A stretch of DNA of 64,000 nt. Origin: a virus. Location of the stretch: IMG/VR virus record IMGVR_UViG_3300022700_000179, positions 32,001 through 96,000 of that record, one strand, 5' to 3'. The notes under the pieces were generated by a model. That model was given only the letters and a program-made list of their open reading frames with translations, did not search any database and was not told the DNA's origin. Within the stretch, counting starts at the first letter, position 1. Each line of letters starts with the position of its first letter. This document shows, piece by piece, positions 46,653 through 56,526 of the stretch. The translations under genes were made by a program, and so were the position numbers.

Positions 46653-47281
46653 TTCGTTTTGTTGTCCGCAACTATGATGTATTCAATAGCCGAGTTTACG
46701 TAGTTTTCTCCTGCTTTAATCACAGAAATGGCTTTCTCTAGGATCTTCAACGTTCGAGCAGTTACATACCCTTCTGCCGACAACTCAGTGTCTGTAGTGT
46801 AGTTTTGTAATCTGACTTGGACCCTGAAAGCAGCGTCGGCTGTCAATGCATCATTATAAGCTAACAGCTCCGCAACCTTGTGTTCATCCCATGTAATTGG
46901 CTTGCCTTCGATTGGCATACGTAGTCGATTTAATCTCGTTGCGCATTTCTCCAAAGAATAACCATCTTCGGTGCGCCACTTTTCTATTAATTTAGTGATT
47001 TCCTTTCTAGGCAGAGGTTCAGCTGCTTGGTACGTGTTGGATCTGTCTTCTGCATTCCTGTGTTTTTGTAAGTAACCGGCATAGAAATTTCTTACGCCCT
47101 TTCCTGTGCAGTATGCACGTCCTGGTTTTAAAGAATAACCGCACCAGTTCAGGTGTCTGGCTATTTTTGTCCACTCTTTTTTGGTTAAGTCTCCTGAAAG
47201 GGGTAGTCGCAACTGGTTTAGCTGTTTTTGTATTTCCTCAAATATTAATGTGTTGTGTTCTTTTGTATAACTGTAGCCCAT
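46649..47281 (-). CDS. protein with two recombinase-domain-like HTH motifs
   Basis: IARHLNWCGYSLKPGRAY and CATRLNRLRMPIEGKPITW. Confidence 0.5.
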   Translation of the reverse strand: MGYSYTKEHNTLIFEEIQKQLNQLRLPLSGDLTKKEWTKIARHLNWCGYSLKPGRAYCTGKGVRNFYAGYLQKHRNAEDRSNTYQAAEPLPRKEITKLIEKWRTEDGYSLEKCATRLNRLRMPIEGKPITWDEHKVAELLAYNDALTADAAFRVQVRLQNYTTDTELSAEGYVTARTLKILEKAISVIKAGENYVNSAIEYIIVADNKTK

Positions 47282-47306
47282 CTGGCGTAGTCTCCCTAAC
47301 TGTTAG

Positions 47307-47669
47307 CTAGTGTAGTTTGTCGGTTGTGGTAATAATTCGGCTTTGTCCTTCTAGAAGAAACTTGCACATCATGTAGTTCAGCGTGTTTAGTCTATTATTT
47401 AGTGCCTGTGCTGTAGTAAGGTCATTTTGCTGCGCTGCTTTGTTCGCGGTACTGATGATACTTATAGTTGATGTGGCCCCCGCTAAGAATCCGGCAATAA
47501 ATTCCTTATTTACTCCTTCCAGTGCGTTCTGAATGTGCTCGGGTGCTTTAGCCGCCCCTTCAACAAGGACAGGATCCTGTTCCAGTGCAGTTTTTAGTCC
47601 TTCTAGTTGTTCCTCTGTCAACGGGGCTAGTGGGTTGATTCTCTTCGGCTCTTCTTTGTTTCCGTCCAT
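47307..47669 (-). CDS. hypothetical protein
   Basis: SD AAGGAG. Confidence 0.7.
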   Translation of the reverse strand: MDGNKEEPKRINPLAPLTEEQLEGLKTALEQDPVLVEGAAKAPEHIQNALEGVNKEFIAGFLAGATSTISIISTANKAAQQNDLTTAQALNNRLNTLNYMMCKFLLEGQSRIITTTDKLH

Positions 47670-47692
47670 TTTGTTCTCCTTTTACAGTTTCG

Positions 47693-48493
47693 TTAGCTGC
47701 TCCATCCATCCATAGCTTCTGAATCATTTTCTAGTTCGTCCAACTCCTTTTTCATATTTGATAGTACTTTGTGGCTGTTCTCTATCGTAGCTTTTGTTCT
47801 TTTTATAGCATAGTGTGCGCTACCTGATCTTAGTACGTACCTTACTGCTTTACCCAGTCTTTCGCCATTATATGTCTCGATTTTGACTCCACTTGTAAGC
47901 TCGAACTTATTGACAGCTCTATTTAGTCTTTCGTAGTTGTATTTAAACTCATTTTCTCCTGTCCTTGCTTTTTTACCCTTTTCGTATGCTTTGGTTAACT
48001 CATTTTTTATCTCGTTTTTTGGTATGTAGTTTCTAAACTTCTGTTCGGTTTGTTCGTGTGCCCGACGTAGGATTGCAGCGACAAAGTTTCTATCTAATGG
48101 AATAGGGTCCAGTGATTTTGCCTTCTTGACTACGCTAAGACGTCCCTTTTTTGGCGATAGCATTCCCCATGTCTCCGGTAATTCACCCTCCTTGACGTAG
48201 GCTGGATCCGAAATCACAAGCCACCAATAGTCACAGTACTGTGCTATCTCCTCAGCTTTCTCTGGAGTCCTGCGTTCCTTTAGCCAGTCATTTCGGCTAA
48301 CCTTTATTTCAAATCCGTGTAACTCTAGACCACGACTTGGCCATAGCCCCAATACAATTGCATCGGCCGCCCGCGTATGAGCTGTGCCTGTGGTATTGTG
48401 TACGTTGGAGAAAAGTGCATACTGACCTTTCGGATACCTTTTTTCCAGCAGTTCGATCAGACGAAACTCCGTCCACACACTATCAACACTCAT
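47693..48493 (-). CDS. MmcB-like PD-(D/E)XK nuclease
   Basis: RAADAIVLGLWPSRG...GFEIKVSRNDWLKE...CDYWWLV...ELPETWG. Confidence 0.8.
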   Translation of the reverse strand: MSVDSVWTEFRLIELLEKRYPKGQYALFSNVHNTTGTAHTRAADAIVLGLWPSRGLELHGFEIKVSRNDWLKERRTPEKAEEIAQYCDYWWLVISDPAYVKEGELPETWGMLSPKKGRLSVVKKAKSLDPIPLDRNFVAAILRRAHEQTEQKFRNYIPKNEIKNELTKAYEKGKKARTGENEFKYNYERLNRAVNKFELTSGVKIETYNGERLGKAVRYVLRSGSAHYAIKRTKATIENSHKVLSNMKKELDELENDSEAMDGWSS

Positions 48494-48755
48494 CTGTTCT
48501 CCCTCTTACTTTACATGCGACAAAGTCTACAGTAGGAAAGTCTACAGTAGGCGGGTTGTTTGTTGGACGGTACTTGTACATCGTTAGGAGTTTATCTGCG
48601 CCGTGATCTACATAACTATAATAAACGTACACCCCCGGAGGATATACAAATCCTACGTCAACACTGTTTGTAGGTTTTTCGGGTTCACGTAGGTTTCCGT
48701 CTTCTATGAATCCTTCATTCATAATTAGCTGGACGCGTTGTTTGAAGTGATCCAT
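48483..48755 (-). CDS. hypothetical protein
   Basis: 90 aa in the tandem array. Confidence 0.55.
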   Translation of the reverse strand: MDHFKQRVQLIMNEGFIEDGNLREPEKPTNSVDVGFVYPPGVYVYYSYVDHGADKLLTMYKYRPTNNPPTVDFPTVDFVACKVRGRTDEC

Positions 48756-48843
48756 AAATTCAAACTTCCTTGTACTTTATACTAAGAGGGCCGTGCTACC
48801 CACAAAATAAAAGCACGGCCCTCCTAGTGCGTAGTATTAGGTG

Positions 48844-49974
48844 CTAGGCTGCCACTTTCTCATCCTTTTGTCGTACCCTAAAGCGTAAAGCCAGTCCATC
48901 TCGCATGGGCATTCTGGCCCATAGCTTCTGCTTAGACTTGCTCTCCTTCCAACCAGTTTCCCAGGTTTTATCCTTGACCCAAGATGCCTTGAGCGGTTCA
49001 CCTGGCTCGTTCCCGGATAGCCAATCCAGCAGTTTTTTCTCGGGGACATTCTTTTGGAGAGCGTGCTTGAAGAAAGCCCAGTGAGTGGCACGGTATTGGA
49101 AACGAATTGCTTTTTGGAGGAACCGTAGTCTTTTATCTAGAGATACTGCCTGGTCATGGCCTTCCTGGCTGGTCTCAAATGGGGCGTACTCCCCGGTCAG
49201 CTCGAATCCATCCAGTGCTGTTTCCATAGCCCATACAGAGATCTTTTTCTCTTTCCCTACCTTGTGTCGTTTGGGGTATGGAGCTGATTCAATTTCTAAC
49301 GTATCTCTGAGCCGTTTGATTTCCTTTCGAAGGAAGCTCATCTGATCTTTTAGACGTGCGTCTGCTGCCAGGGCGAGAAGATGGGGCGATCCGTAAAAGC
49401 TGGGCCACCTGTTGGGGTTGATGAAATGCTGGAACTTAATCGTATTCGTAGCATTCGCCAACTTTTTGAGCAGCTCCGGCTCGATACCGGTCTGTACCAG
49501 CTCGAGACTGTGCCAGCCTTCATACCATTCTCCTGTAACGTCTTGAATCATGAAATATCGAGGAGCACCAATAGTGCCGTCAGATTTCATGATGTTCATG
49601 TCTTCGATGAGGATTGAGAAGGAAAACACTTCCTGATTAGCGGATAAGCCCATCGCCCGTCCGTGCCGATTGTCCTTGCTGGGGATGTACTCTCCTTCGG
49701 TTAGTGTAGCTGCGCGCCGCGTCTTGTACTCCGGGATGTTCAGGACTACTCGGTGTTCAACGAGTCGAGATAGCAGACAGGCGAGATCCAGGTTTGTGAC
49801 GGGGTCGCCAGCGGGGTCTACGTAGGCAATGCCTGGCTTTCGGCTGTCTAGATCGAACGACCATGAATCAAGAAGTCGATTTGCGACTGCACGTACATCT
49901 TGCGTTCGATCACTTAGTTTCTGTAGTTCTTCTTTGAAAGTCCTTCTGATTTTACGTGTCTTGTCTTTGCTCAT
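48844..49974 (-). CDS. hypothetical protein
   Basis: 376 aa; SD AAGGAG; 12-bp hairpin downstream (48786-48822). Confidence 0.8.
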   Translation of the reverse strand: MSKDKTRKIRRTFKEELQKLSDRTQDVRAVANRLLDSWSFDLDSRKPGIAYVDPAGDPVTNLDLACLLSRLVEHRVVLNIPEYKTRRAATLTEGEYIPSKDNRHGRAMGLSANQEVFSFSILIEDMNIMKSDGTIGAPRYFMIQDVTGEWYEGWHSLELVQTGIEPELLKKLANATNTIKFQHFINPNRWPSFYGSPHLLALAADARLKDQMSFLRKEIKRLRDTLEIESAPYPKRHKVGKEKKISVWAMETALDGFELTGEYAPFETSQEGHDQAVSLDKRLRFLQKAIRFQYRATHWAFFKHALQKNVPEKKLLDWLSGNEPGEPLKASWVKDKTWETGWKESKSKQKLWARMPMRDGLALRFRVRQKDEKVAA

Positions 49975-50066
49975 CTTGGTACTCCTTGTCCAGCGAGCGG
50001 GTTTATGCGTTCTCGGGAACGTTGATGCTATACTTGTAAGTACTATTTGCTTTTGCGCAAGGTCTA

Positions 50067-50636
50067 CTACGAAATTAAGCAGTCTTTTTTCGTCTTTACC
50101 TTATGTCGTTGCAGTGTGGCTGCACGTTTATACACACCAGCTTTCTTAATACTTTCCCACAGATCACCTACGTACTCTCCAATTTTTTTGTACGGTGTTA
50201 GGCCTACATAAATCATCTCTGAGCCCTGTCGAGATATCTCTAGGGTATTTTTTCTCAAACCAATAATTCGAACTATTACACCAATATCAAAAGGACTTTT
50301 TTCCTGGAGCTGCCTAGCTAGGGGGTCTTTCTTGAAATTTTGTACTGAGGTTGGGTGAATAGACGTAACTACGTATCTTTTGTAGTCTCTCTCGTAATCC
50401 CAGTCTTTAGAGAACGCAACAATATCTCCTACTTGCAACGGGGATAACGTAGCAGCTAGTTTGTACTCGTAGCGTTGCTGCTCTTCTTCCGACTCTTTGA
50501 TCCGTTTACTTAGTCCTTTTATTCGCCGCTGGACCATATGTATATGATCTTGGTACACTCGTGCTTCGTTGCTCTCTACGTTTATCAATTCGCCAGTATC
50601 TAGTTTTCCTGGCGGGACAACCATCTTACCGGTCAT
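50067..50636 (-). CDS. hypothetical protein
   Basis: 189 aa. Confidence 0.65.
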   Translation of the reverse strand: MTGKMVVPPGKLDTGELINVESNEARVYQDHIHMVQRRIKGLSKRIKESEEEQQRYEYKLAATLSPLQVGDIVAFSKDWDYERDYKRYVVTSIHPTSVQNFKKDPLARQLQEKSPFDIGVIVRIIGLRKNTLEISRQGSEMIYVGLTPYKKIGEYVGDLWESIKKAGVYKRAATLQRHKVKTKKDCLIS

Positions 50637-50770
50637 TTTTACGATTATCCTGTTTGGTACGTTTATGTCCGCGGCCTATCCTTATACAAGCGATCCCAAG
50701 TAGAATAAGCCCCAGCCCAGATAGAAAATAGATTAAATCCTGTTTGTCTACCATGGAAGTTATCACTGCT

Positions 50771-51256
50771 CTATTTGATACCTTTTGCCTTTTCCAGGCT
50801 AGCCTCCAGTGCTTTTCTGACACGGCTCTTTTGTATCATATTGTTTAATGTTATGTAGACCAGTGCGAGCCGCGCTGCCTCTTCATTATCTCCAAAAGCT
50901 ACGGTTCCGTTAATGCTTATCGCTTGCCAACTCCCGTCTTCTTTTTCTTCACAGTGGCACATTCTACGTACTAGCCCGCCTGCTTCCATCGTTGCCTTTA
51001 CTCGTGCTATTTCCGGCAACCTATGCTGCAGACGGATGTCCTCAGCGATAGCTCTAACATTGTCTTTTATTTGCGTGAGACCTTCATCTTCGTTAGTAGC
51101 CCATACGGTATTGTTGAACCTGTACGGTTTTTGCAGTCCCTCGATTTTAATTACATAGGCTGCACAGTACAAATCTCCATGTTCGAGGAGTTGGAACTTT
51201 AGCGAATCCCGGGTAGCTTCTTTTTTCTTAGCTATCCAGTTTTTCTTTTTACTCAT
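50771..51256 (-). CDS. hypothetical protein
   Basis: 161 aa; overlaps the upstream stop. Confidence 0.7.
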   Translation of the reverse strand: MSKKKNWIAKKKEATRDSLKFQLLEHGDLYCAAYVIKIEGLQKPYRFNNTVWATNEDEGLTQIKDNVRAIAEDIRLQHRLPEIARVKATMEAGGLVRRMCHCEEKEDGSWQAISINGTVAFGDNEEAARLALVYITLNNMIQKSRVRKALEASLEKAKGIK

Positions 51257-51533
51257 TTTTGTCGACCACTACTTGTTTAAATTCCTGATAGTACGCCAGT
51301 ACCTTGTTTACGGTGGATTCAAAGCTGTTGTTTTCGGTAGTCTTGTGCAGTCTGGTAGCTAGACCTGTCAACTCTACTGCTGCCTTGTGGTTTAGGTACG
51401 TTTCTATTACCCGGATCCCATAAAGTAGTACGGTTAATTTTTTATTCTCTTCTGTGTATCTTCCTAGCATATTGCTTATGGAGTGCCGTAAAGCATTCAT
51501 AGAGGTTAGCTTTAGTTGCGGAGTGCTTGACAT
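51249..51533 (-). CDS. hypothetical protein
   Basis: SD GGAGG. Confidence 0.65.
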   Translation of the reverse strand: MSSTPQLKLTSMNALRHSISNMLGRYTEENKKLTVLLYGIRVIETYLNHKAAVELTGLATRLHKTTENNSFESTVNKVLAYYQEFKQVVVDKNE

Positions 51534-51596
51534 TGTTATTCCTCCCTACAATGTTTACAGTTTACTCCTCTGCGGTCCCAGTTAACCAGATTATAG

Positions 51597-52217
51597 TCAG
51601 ACGACATTGTTTATCTCGTCGACCAACTTATATCGTAGACACTGTTTTGCTGTCCAGTTTACGTCGTGCTTGAGTATTTCATCCAGTTTCTCCGGAGGTA
51701 CTCTTGTGTGTTCAACATATGCTTTTTTGATAAGGTTCATATCAGTACGTACGTCCTTTATAAAATCCTCGGCTTCACTGGCTTTGCCCCAAAACCCCGT
51801 TTTCAATTGGTGGATCATCATCGTTGCATGGGGCCTTATAATTCTACGATCGCCACCAATAACAGGGAAAGTAGCGGCACTTGCTACCCTGCCGCTTACC
51901 ACTGTGATTACAGGTGCCTCTGTTTGTAATACCGCGTCCAGCATTGATAACCCTGCTGATAGGTATCCACCTTGGCTCTCTACATGTAAATAGATTGGGA
52001 TAGGATCTTGCAGTCCGTAACGAATCCGCTTTGCTGCAAGTACGGCGTCTAGTTCGTGTAATGCTCTTTCTACCCTAAGAGACGCCTCGAACGATATGTC
52101 GGCGCACAGATATATTCTATTATCAACGGTTTCAACTCCACCGTCACTGCTTGGAAAAGACTCGTCATTACTAGTGTCGTGTTTGGTGTCTGCGTTGCTC
52201 AAGTTAGTATCCCTCAT
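51597..52217 (-). CDS. clpP: ClpP-like protease
   Basis: PIYLHVESQGG, SGRVASAAT (Ser), MMIHQ (His), AKQCLRYKLVDEI. Confidence 0.85.
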   Translation of the reverse strand: MRDTNLSNADTKHDTSNDESFPSSDGGVETVDNRIYLCADISFEASLRVERALHELDAVLAAKRIRYGLQDPIPIYLHVESQGGYLSAGLSMLDAVLQTEAPVITVVSGRVASAATFPVIGGDRRIIRPHATMMIHQLKTGFWGKASEAEDFIKDVRTDMNLIKKAYVEHTRVPPEKLDEILKHDVNWTAKQCLRYKLVDEINNVV

Positions 52218-52241
52218 CGCGCTGCATTTTGGGTCTTCAGA

Positions 52242-53249
52242 TTACACTATACGGTTTATCCGTGCTATCCAGCTCTGTTCGTACTGTCGAACTGCTAAGT
52301 CGTCTACTGTACAATCCCACCCCTCTTTAGTTCCGAAGAAACCTTCTTTTTGTACAGGGTACCAGTGATACAGACTGCGATTGGCCTCGTACCAGAATGG
52401 GTACTCATTACAACACGGGCATTTTTCTACTAGTGGTGCTTGAACCAGCTCTTCATCTTTGTCACTAAAGCGGTCGTCTTTTACGATGAGTGGTTTACCG
52501 AATACTTTGTGGTGCTCCAATTGCGCGCGGGTAAGCATCTTCAGTATATTCATTACATCTGGTGGGTATGAAAGTGGCAAGCCTACCTCTTTGCCATGCT
52601 CACCATGCATAGCGGTATCGTAGCTATGCTTTTTGATTAGGTTATGCAGCCATATCCAGTATGTATCCAGTATGCGTGTAGGTACTCCAGTAGAACCAAG
52701 GTAGTAACAAGAGTGTGCAACCATCCTGCTGCGACTACCAACCGGTAACGTAGCTGTGCCAAAAGCTGTGGCAAACCCGTAGCTATATACATATAAACGT
52801 AGCCCAGTTGGGTAGTCATTTACGGCTGTTGGCCTGATTTTACAGAATGGACATCGTGGTAGTGGTCGTTCCGTTTTACCTTGTTGCTCTTCACTGGATT
52901 CACTGTTGTTACTATCATCTAGTGCAGGCTCTACTACAGATTCTATAGAGCCTATATAACGACTGGGTAGCGTAATGATGGTACCAGTACGGACATATTT
53001 TGCTGCTTCTATTGCCCTTGCCATTTCCAACTTTGATTCGTATCCCTTTAACGGATCTACTCTCATTTTTGTGTCTAATTGTAGCCTAGCCTCTATTTCC
53101 CATTCTTGTACTGTGCCCCGAAATGTCCGTATTCCGTAAGGGTTTTTTGTGCACTTATGGTATAGTCTGCCATCACCGCGTTTGGACCATTTTTGTGACG
53201 GGTGTTTGCCACACCAAGGGCATTTAGTATTTACAGTTCTGTTAAACAT
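52242..53249 (-). CDS. hypothetical protein with several CPxC motifs
   Basis: CPWC, CPFC and CPCC. Confidence 0.65.
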   Translation of the reverse strand: MFNRTVNTKCPWCGKHPSQKWSKRGDGRLYHKCTKNPYGIRTFRGTVQEWEIEARLQLDTKMRVDPLKGYESKLEMARAIEAAKYVRTGTIITLPSRYIGSIESVVEPALDDSNNSESSEEQQGKTERPLPRCPFCKIRPTAVNDYPTGLRLYVYSYGFATAFGTATLPVGSRSRMVAHSCYYLGSTGVPTRILDTYWIWLHNLIKKHSYDTAMHGEHGKEVGLPLSYPPDVMNILKMLTRAQLEHHKVFGKPLIVKDDRFSDKDEELVQAPLVEKCPCCNEYPFWYEANRSLYHWYPVQKEGFFGTKEGWDCTVDDLAVRQYEQSWIARINRIV

Positions 53250-53568
53250 GCTTTATGGAGTATCCGGTACCCTGTTTTCTGAATGTCCATTCTCCATAGA
53301 ACTTATCTTCTAATACTAGAGCTTTTTTAAGCGTATCTTGCAGTTCAGAGAGAAACATACAGTAGGTACATCTTTCATGGCAATCTTTGAACAGTAGTCG
53401 TGGTAAAGACCTTCCATGTTTCTTAAAACCTATGTATTGGAGGGTTGCGTGGAATTTGTAGTTGTCACGCCACTCTATGCTGGTTACAGTACGTTTCTGC
53501 GACGGTAGTAAATTTCCGTCTTTGTCAAAGGGTATCCTCCAGGTCTTAGCTGCGCCGGCAGGGGCCAA
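53242..53568 (-). CDS. hypothetical phage protein
   Basis: IPFDKDGNL...WRDNYKF...GEWTFRKQG. Confidence 0.65.
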   Translation of the reverse strand: MAPAGAAKTWRIPFDKDGNLLPSQKRTVTSIEWRDNYKFHATLQYIGFKKHGRSLPRLLFKDCHERCTYCMFLSELQDTLKKALVLEDKFYGEWTFRKQGTGYSIKHV

Positions 53569-53571
53569 CCT

Positions 53572-53790
53572 CTACATCCCCTCTGCTTTTTCAAGGCTTC
53601 TTAGTTTTGCGTAGTAGTCGTTCATCCATTTATTGACGTCTTCTCTTGGGCGTCTTGGGTAGAACAGTTGATTGCGTTTGTAGTCAATGTTCTCACCCGG
53701 TAGCTTCATCGACCGTATTTTTTCCCTTTCTTCGTTAGTAATACCCCCAACTCCAGCTTCAGGCAAATCCTGAAAATCAGCTAGGCTCAT
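53572..53790 (-). CDS. hypothetical protein
   Basis: SD GAGGAG; ATGA coupling. Confidence 0.65.
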   Translation of the reverse strand: MSLADFQDLPEAGVGGITNEEREKIRSMKLPGENIDYKRNQLFYPRRPREDVNKWMNDYYAKLRSLEKAEGM

Positions 53791-54155
53791 TTATCTCTCC
53801 TCAGATGCGTGCGCCACTTAGTTCCCATTTTATGGACGCATGTGCTCAAGAAGGGGATTAGCTCCTCCTCTACAAACACGGCTTCACCGCTGTCTGCATC
53901 GTAGCGCTCCCTAGCTTGTTTTACAGCATCGTCGTAGTCCATCAATGGTAGAAGATACATTATCCCTGGGTCTACAACAGGCAACTCCATAATCTCGTCC
54001 CACATAGGGTGGTCGGGATCATACCGTCCTAAAATCACGCCGGGCAGTTCCATGCAATACTCGCACCCGGGATATAATTCTAATACATACCAACTGCCAT
54101 CTGGCCCTGCGATTCTGGCACCTATATTACCTCCGATACAGCCGCATGCCCCCAT
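53787..54155 (-). CDS. hypothetical protein
   Basis: SD AGGAG; CGC and CEYC. Confidence 0.7.
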   Translation of the reverse strand: MGACGCIGGNIGARIAGPDGSWYVLELYPGCEYCMELPGVILGRYDPDHPMWDEIMELPVVDPGIMYLLPLMDYDDAVKQARERYDADSGEAVFVEEELIPFLSTCVHKMGTKWRTHLRRDK

Positions 54156-54440
54156 CGGTTAGCTCCTGTGCTCTGCGTGTACTGGTATGTACATATCTAG
54201 AAATACTTTACGGTCTAGTACAAGTTCCTTTCCTCCTCCTTCTATTGGATAAAAGCAGACGTCTTTCTTGCGTAGTCTACTTACTCTTACTTTGTTGTCC
54301 TGTTTGTCTTTCCAAATGCTACGTTTCTTAATCTTCACTGCTGCTTTCCTCGTTTAGTGGCTTCTGTTGTATACACAGCCAGTGCTAGACCTAACGGGTG
54401 TAATACTAGTCGGTTTACCTCAAAAAGCAAGCCCCATCTT

Positions 54441-55154
54441 TTACTTTTCTACGGCGATGTACTTACAGCCTTCCACGCTACCGTATATTTGAATGTCTAC
54501 ACTTATTTGCGCTTCTACTTCTACTGAGGTCTCTGTTTTACGTAGTTCGCTGTAGTCAGCATTAATCTTGTGGTTAAGCTCTAGCTCATGTGGAAGTACT
54601 ATTATGTTGTTCTCTGGTACCACCCGTAGTGTATCGTAACGAAAACAATCTGTCAAAATATTTACAGCCCGATCTTTGTCTGTGTGCCGGTTTTCTAGAA
54701 GCGTACCGGCGTAGCCTTCTTCCAACATTCCTCTTTCTACCACTGGTGAATAGACCATCCCAATTGCCGACAACTGCCGTAGATCATTTAGAATGCTGGC
54801 TGGTACAATAATATTATGATCGAGCAGTGAGCCGCCTAGCATGCTCCTTAGCGTCTCTAGCGAGAACCCATCCATCGTGCTTCTATCAAAACTTTCATAG
54901 GCAAAGTCAAAAAAGGCACGTTCAGCGTAATTTGAAATAGTACCAACCAGGTTGTTGATAATGTACTCATGGTATATACTATTGATCTCTCCATTTGGTA
55001 GTTCAGAGTATTCCATCCATTGAAATGGTCCTAGTATGCGAAATATTGGTTTTTTGTTTACGTCGTTTTTTGCGACTCGGATGGCTTTTGGTAGGAGTTC
55101 TACCTTTTTAAATTCGTCTAGTGCATCCTGTATAAGTTGTTCGCTCTGCATCAC
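54441..55154 (-). CDS. truncated major-capsid-protein paralog
   Basis: YSPVVERGMLEEGYAGTL...ILTDCFRYDTLRVV aligns with MCP YSPIEKHELAVEGKLGRL...IITDGFRYDTLQVL. Confidence 0.75.
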   Translation of the reverse strand: MMQSEQLIQDALDEFKKVELLPKAIRVAKNDVNKKPIFRILGPFQWMEYSELPNGEINSIYHEYIINNLVGTISNYAERAFFDFAYESFDRSTMDGFSLETLRSMLGGSLLDHNIIVPASILNDLRQLSAIGMVYSPVVERGMLEEGYAGTLLENRHTDKDRAVNILTDCFRYDTLRVVPENNIIVLPHELELNHKINADYSELRKTETSVEVEAQISVDIQIYGSVEGCKYIAVEK

Positions 55155-55239
55155 TTGCCTCTTATCGTGTTACTCTTCACGGACGTTAACTAGTTCTGTC
55201 GTTTGCTGTCTCTCAAGTTGATGGTCTATAAACTGGTTA

Positions 55240-55914
55240 TCACTTTAGTTTTCCTTTCTGCAACGCTTTCGAGTTAATCACACAGACTCCATCAGATCTC
55301 TCACGTAAGTAGACCGGACCGTCTACGTCCGCAAAATAGTTTTTGTAGTCTGTCTTAGGTTGATAGGTAGCGTTCGGATGCAGTAATACATTCGCACCGC
55401 AATCTGAACACGTAAGTCGGTACCCGTGATTAGGATCTTCGGGACTTGTATATATCTCCCCCTTTGGCTTGTACTCTTGTTTTACATACATGGGTCCAGA
55501 ACAGGCAGTGCACGTATAATCGCACTGAACGCTAATATCGTAAGGGATGCCTCTTAAAATAACTCTCCGGTGTTTGAGTGGATCGTCTTTGAGTGGATCG
55601 TCATAGCACACATATACGCACCCAAAGTGTACACTATAATAAAATTCCTTCTTGCAGTCATTACATACGTAGACAGCAAATGTAGTATTCGGATTACCTG
55701 GGCAGTCAGGAACATCATCCTCCGGTACTCGCGGAAACCAGCCCATGCAGGTAGAGATTACCCCCTCCGATTTATCCAGGTCGACACTGCCACAAAACGG
55801 GCACTCGGGATTATTCCAGTCCAGATCTGGGTCTGGTCGTTCTTGTACGTAGTCAATTAGGTTACCTTTGTTGAATTGCATTGTCGTATTACTTCTCCTT
55901 GGTATCGCCACCAT
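55240..55914 (-). CDS. multi zinc-ribbon protein
   Basis: CPFC, CNDC, CTAC and CSDC; likely start at the internal MQFNKG. Confidence 0.7.
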   Translation of the reverse strand: MVAIPRRSNTTMQFNKGNLIDYVQERPDPDLDWNNPECPFCGSVDLDKSEGVISTCMGWFPRVPEDDVPDCPGNPNTTFAVYVCNDCKKEFYYSVHFGCVYVCYDDPLKDDPLKHRRVILRGIPYDISVQCDYTCTACSGPMYVKQEYKPKGEIYTSPEDPNHGYRLTCSDCGANVLLHPNATYQPKTDYKNYFADVDGPVYLRERSDGVCVINSKALQKGKLK

Positions 55915-56099
55915 CTTTTACGTAACGTTCAGCATCCTGTTTCGCAGGTCCTCAGTTTCTACCAACGTTTTCTCCTTAATGGGGATCAACCGCTAGTAGG
56001 TGTTCCATGATAAAGTCATACTTACCGCAGTTGGGGCACGGAAGGTATCGCTTGGTTTTAAGTTCAATCGTCATTGTTATTTCTCCTAGCAACAAAAAA

Positions 56100-56212
56100 C
56101 AGATCGGGTGGGATTCGAACCCACACCTCTGGACACTGGCCCAGCGTTCCTACCTGAAGCAGTTTCACGAACGGTACCTGTTTCGATTCACTACTTCTAA
56201 ACTACCGACCTG
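56100..56212 (-). ncRNA. tRNA-like RNA with a ~42-nt hairpin in the D loop and a 6-nt anticodon loop
   Basis: AGGTCGG-TA-GTTT A[GAAGTAGT...ACTGCTTC]AGGTAG GAAC-G-CTGGG CCAGTG TCCAG-AGGT-GTGGG TTCGAAT CCCAC-CCGATCT-G-TTTTTT. Confidence 0.75.
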
Positions 56213-56301
56213 GGTGCTATTTGGATCCGCTACACCAAGGCGGCTTGTGGTGGGATGCGCAGTGCCGTCGCACATGAACATCATCCACCAATCTCTATAG
56301 C

Positions 56302-56523
56302 TCACGAACTTGTCTCTTTAGCTTGCTCCGAAGACTTAATTGTTTCTATCGAAGTGCCGCAAAATGGACACGAGACCACAAGAGCGTAAACCGGATCTGG
56401 ATAACCACAGTGGAGTGATATGTAATAGCCGTCCGTGTCATTGTCTGCATCTTTAGCGGTCATCCACCGAATGAAATATTCTGCATCCGAACAACAACCC
56501 TTAAAACCGTCTGGGTGTGGCAT
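56302..56523 (-). CDS. small Cys-rich protein
   Basis: GCC and CPFCG. Confidence 0.6.
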   Translation of the reverse strand: MPHPDGFKGCCSDAEYFIRWMTAKDADNDTDGYYISLHCGYPDPVYALVVSCPFCGTSIETIKSSEQAKETSS

Positions 56524-56526
56524 AAT

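Noticed and set aside
51597-52217. ClpP as the head maturation protease
   Set aside because: It lies in the accessory region, and a better-placed protease is at 25680-26510.
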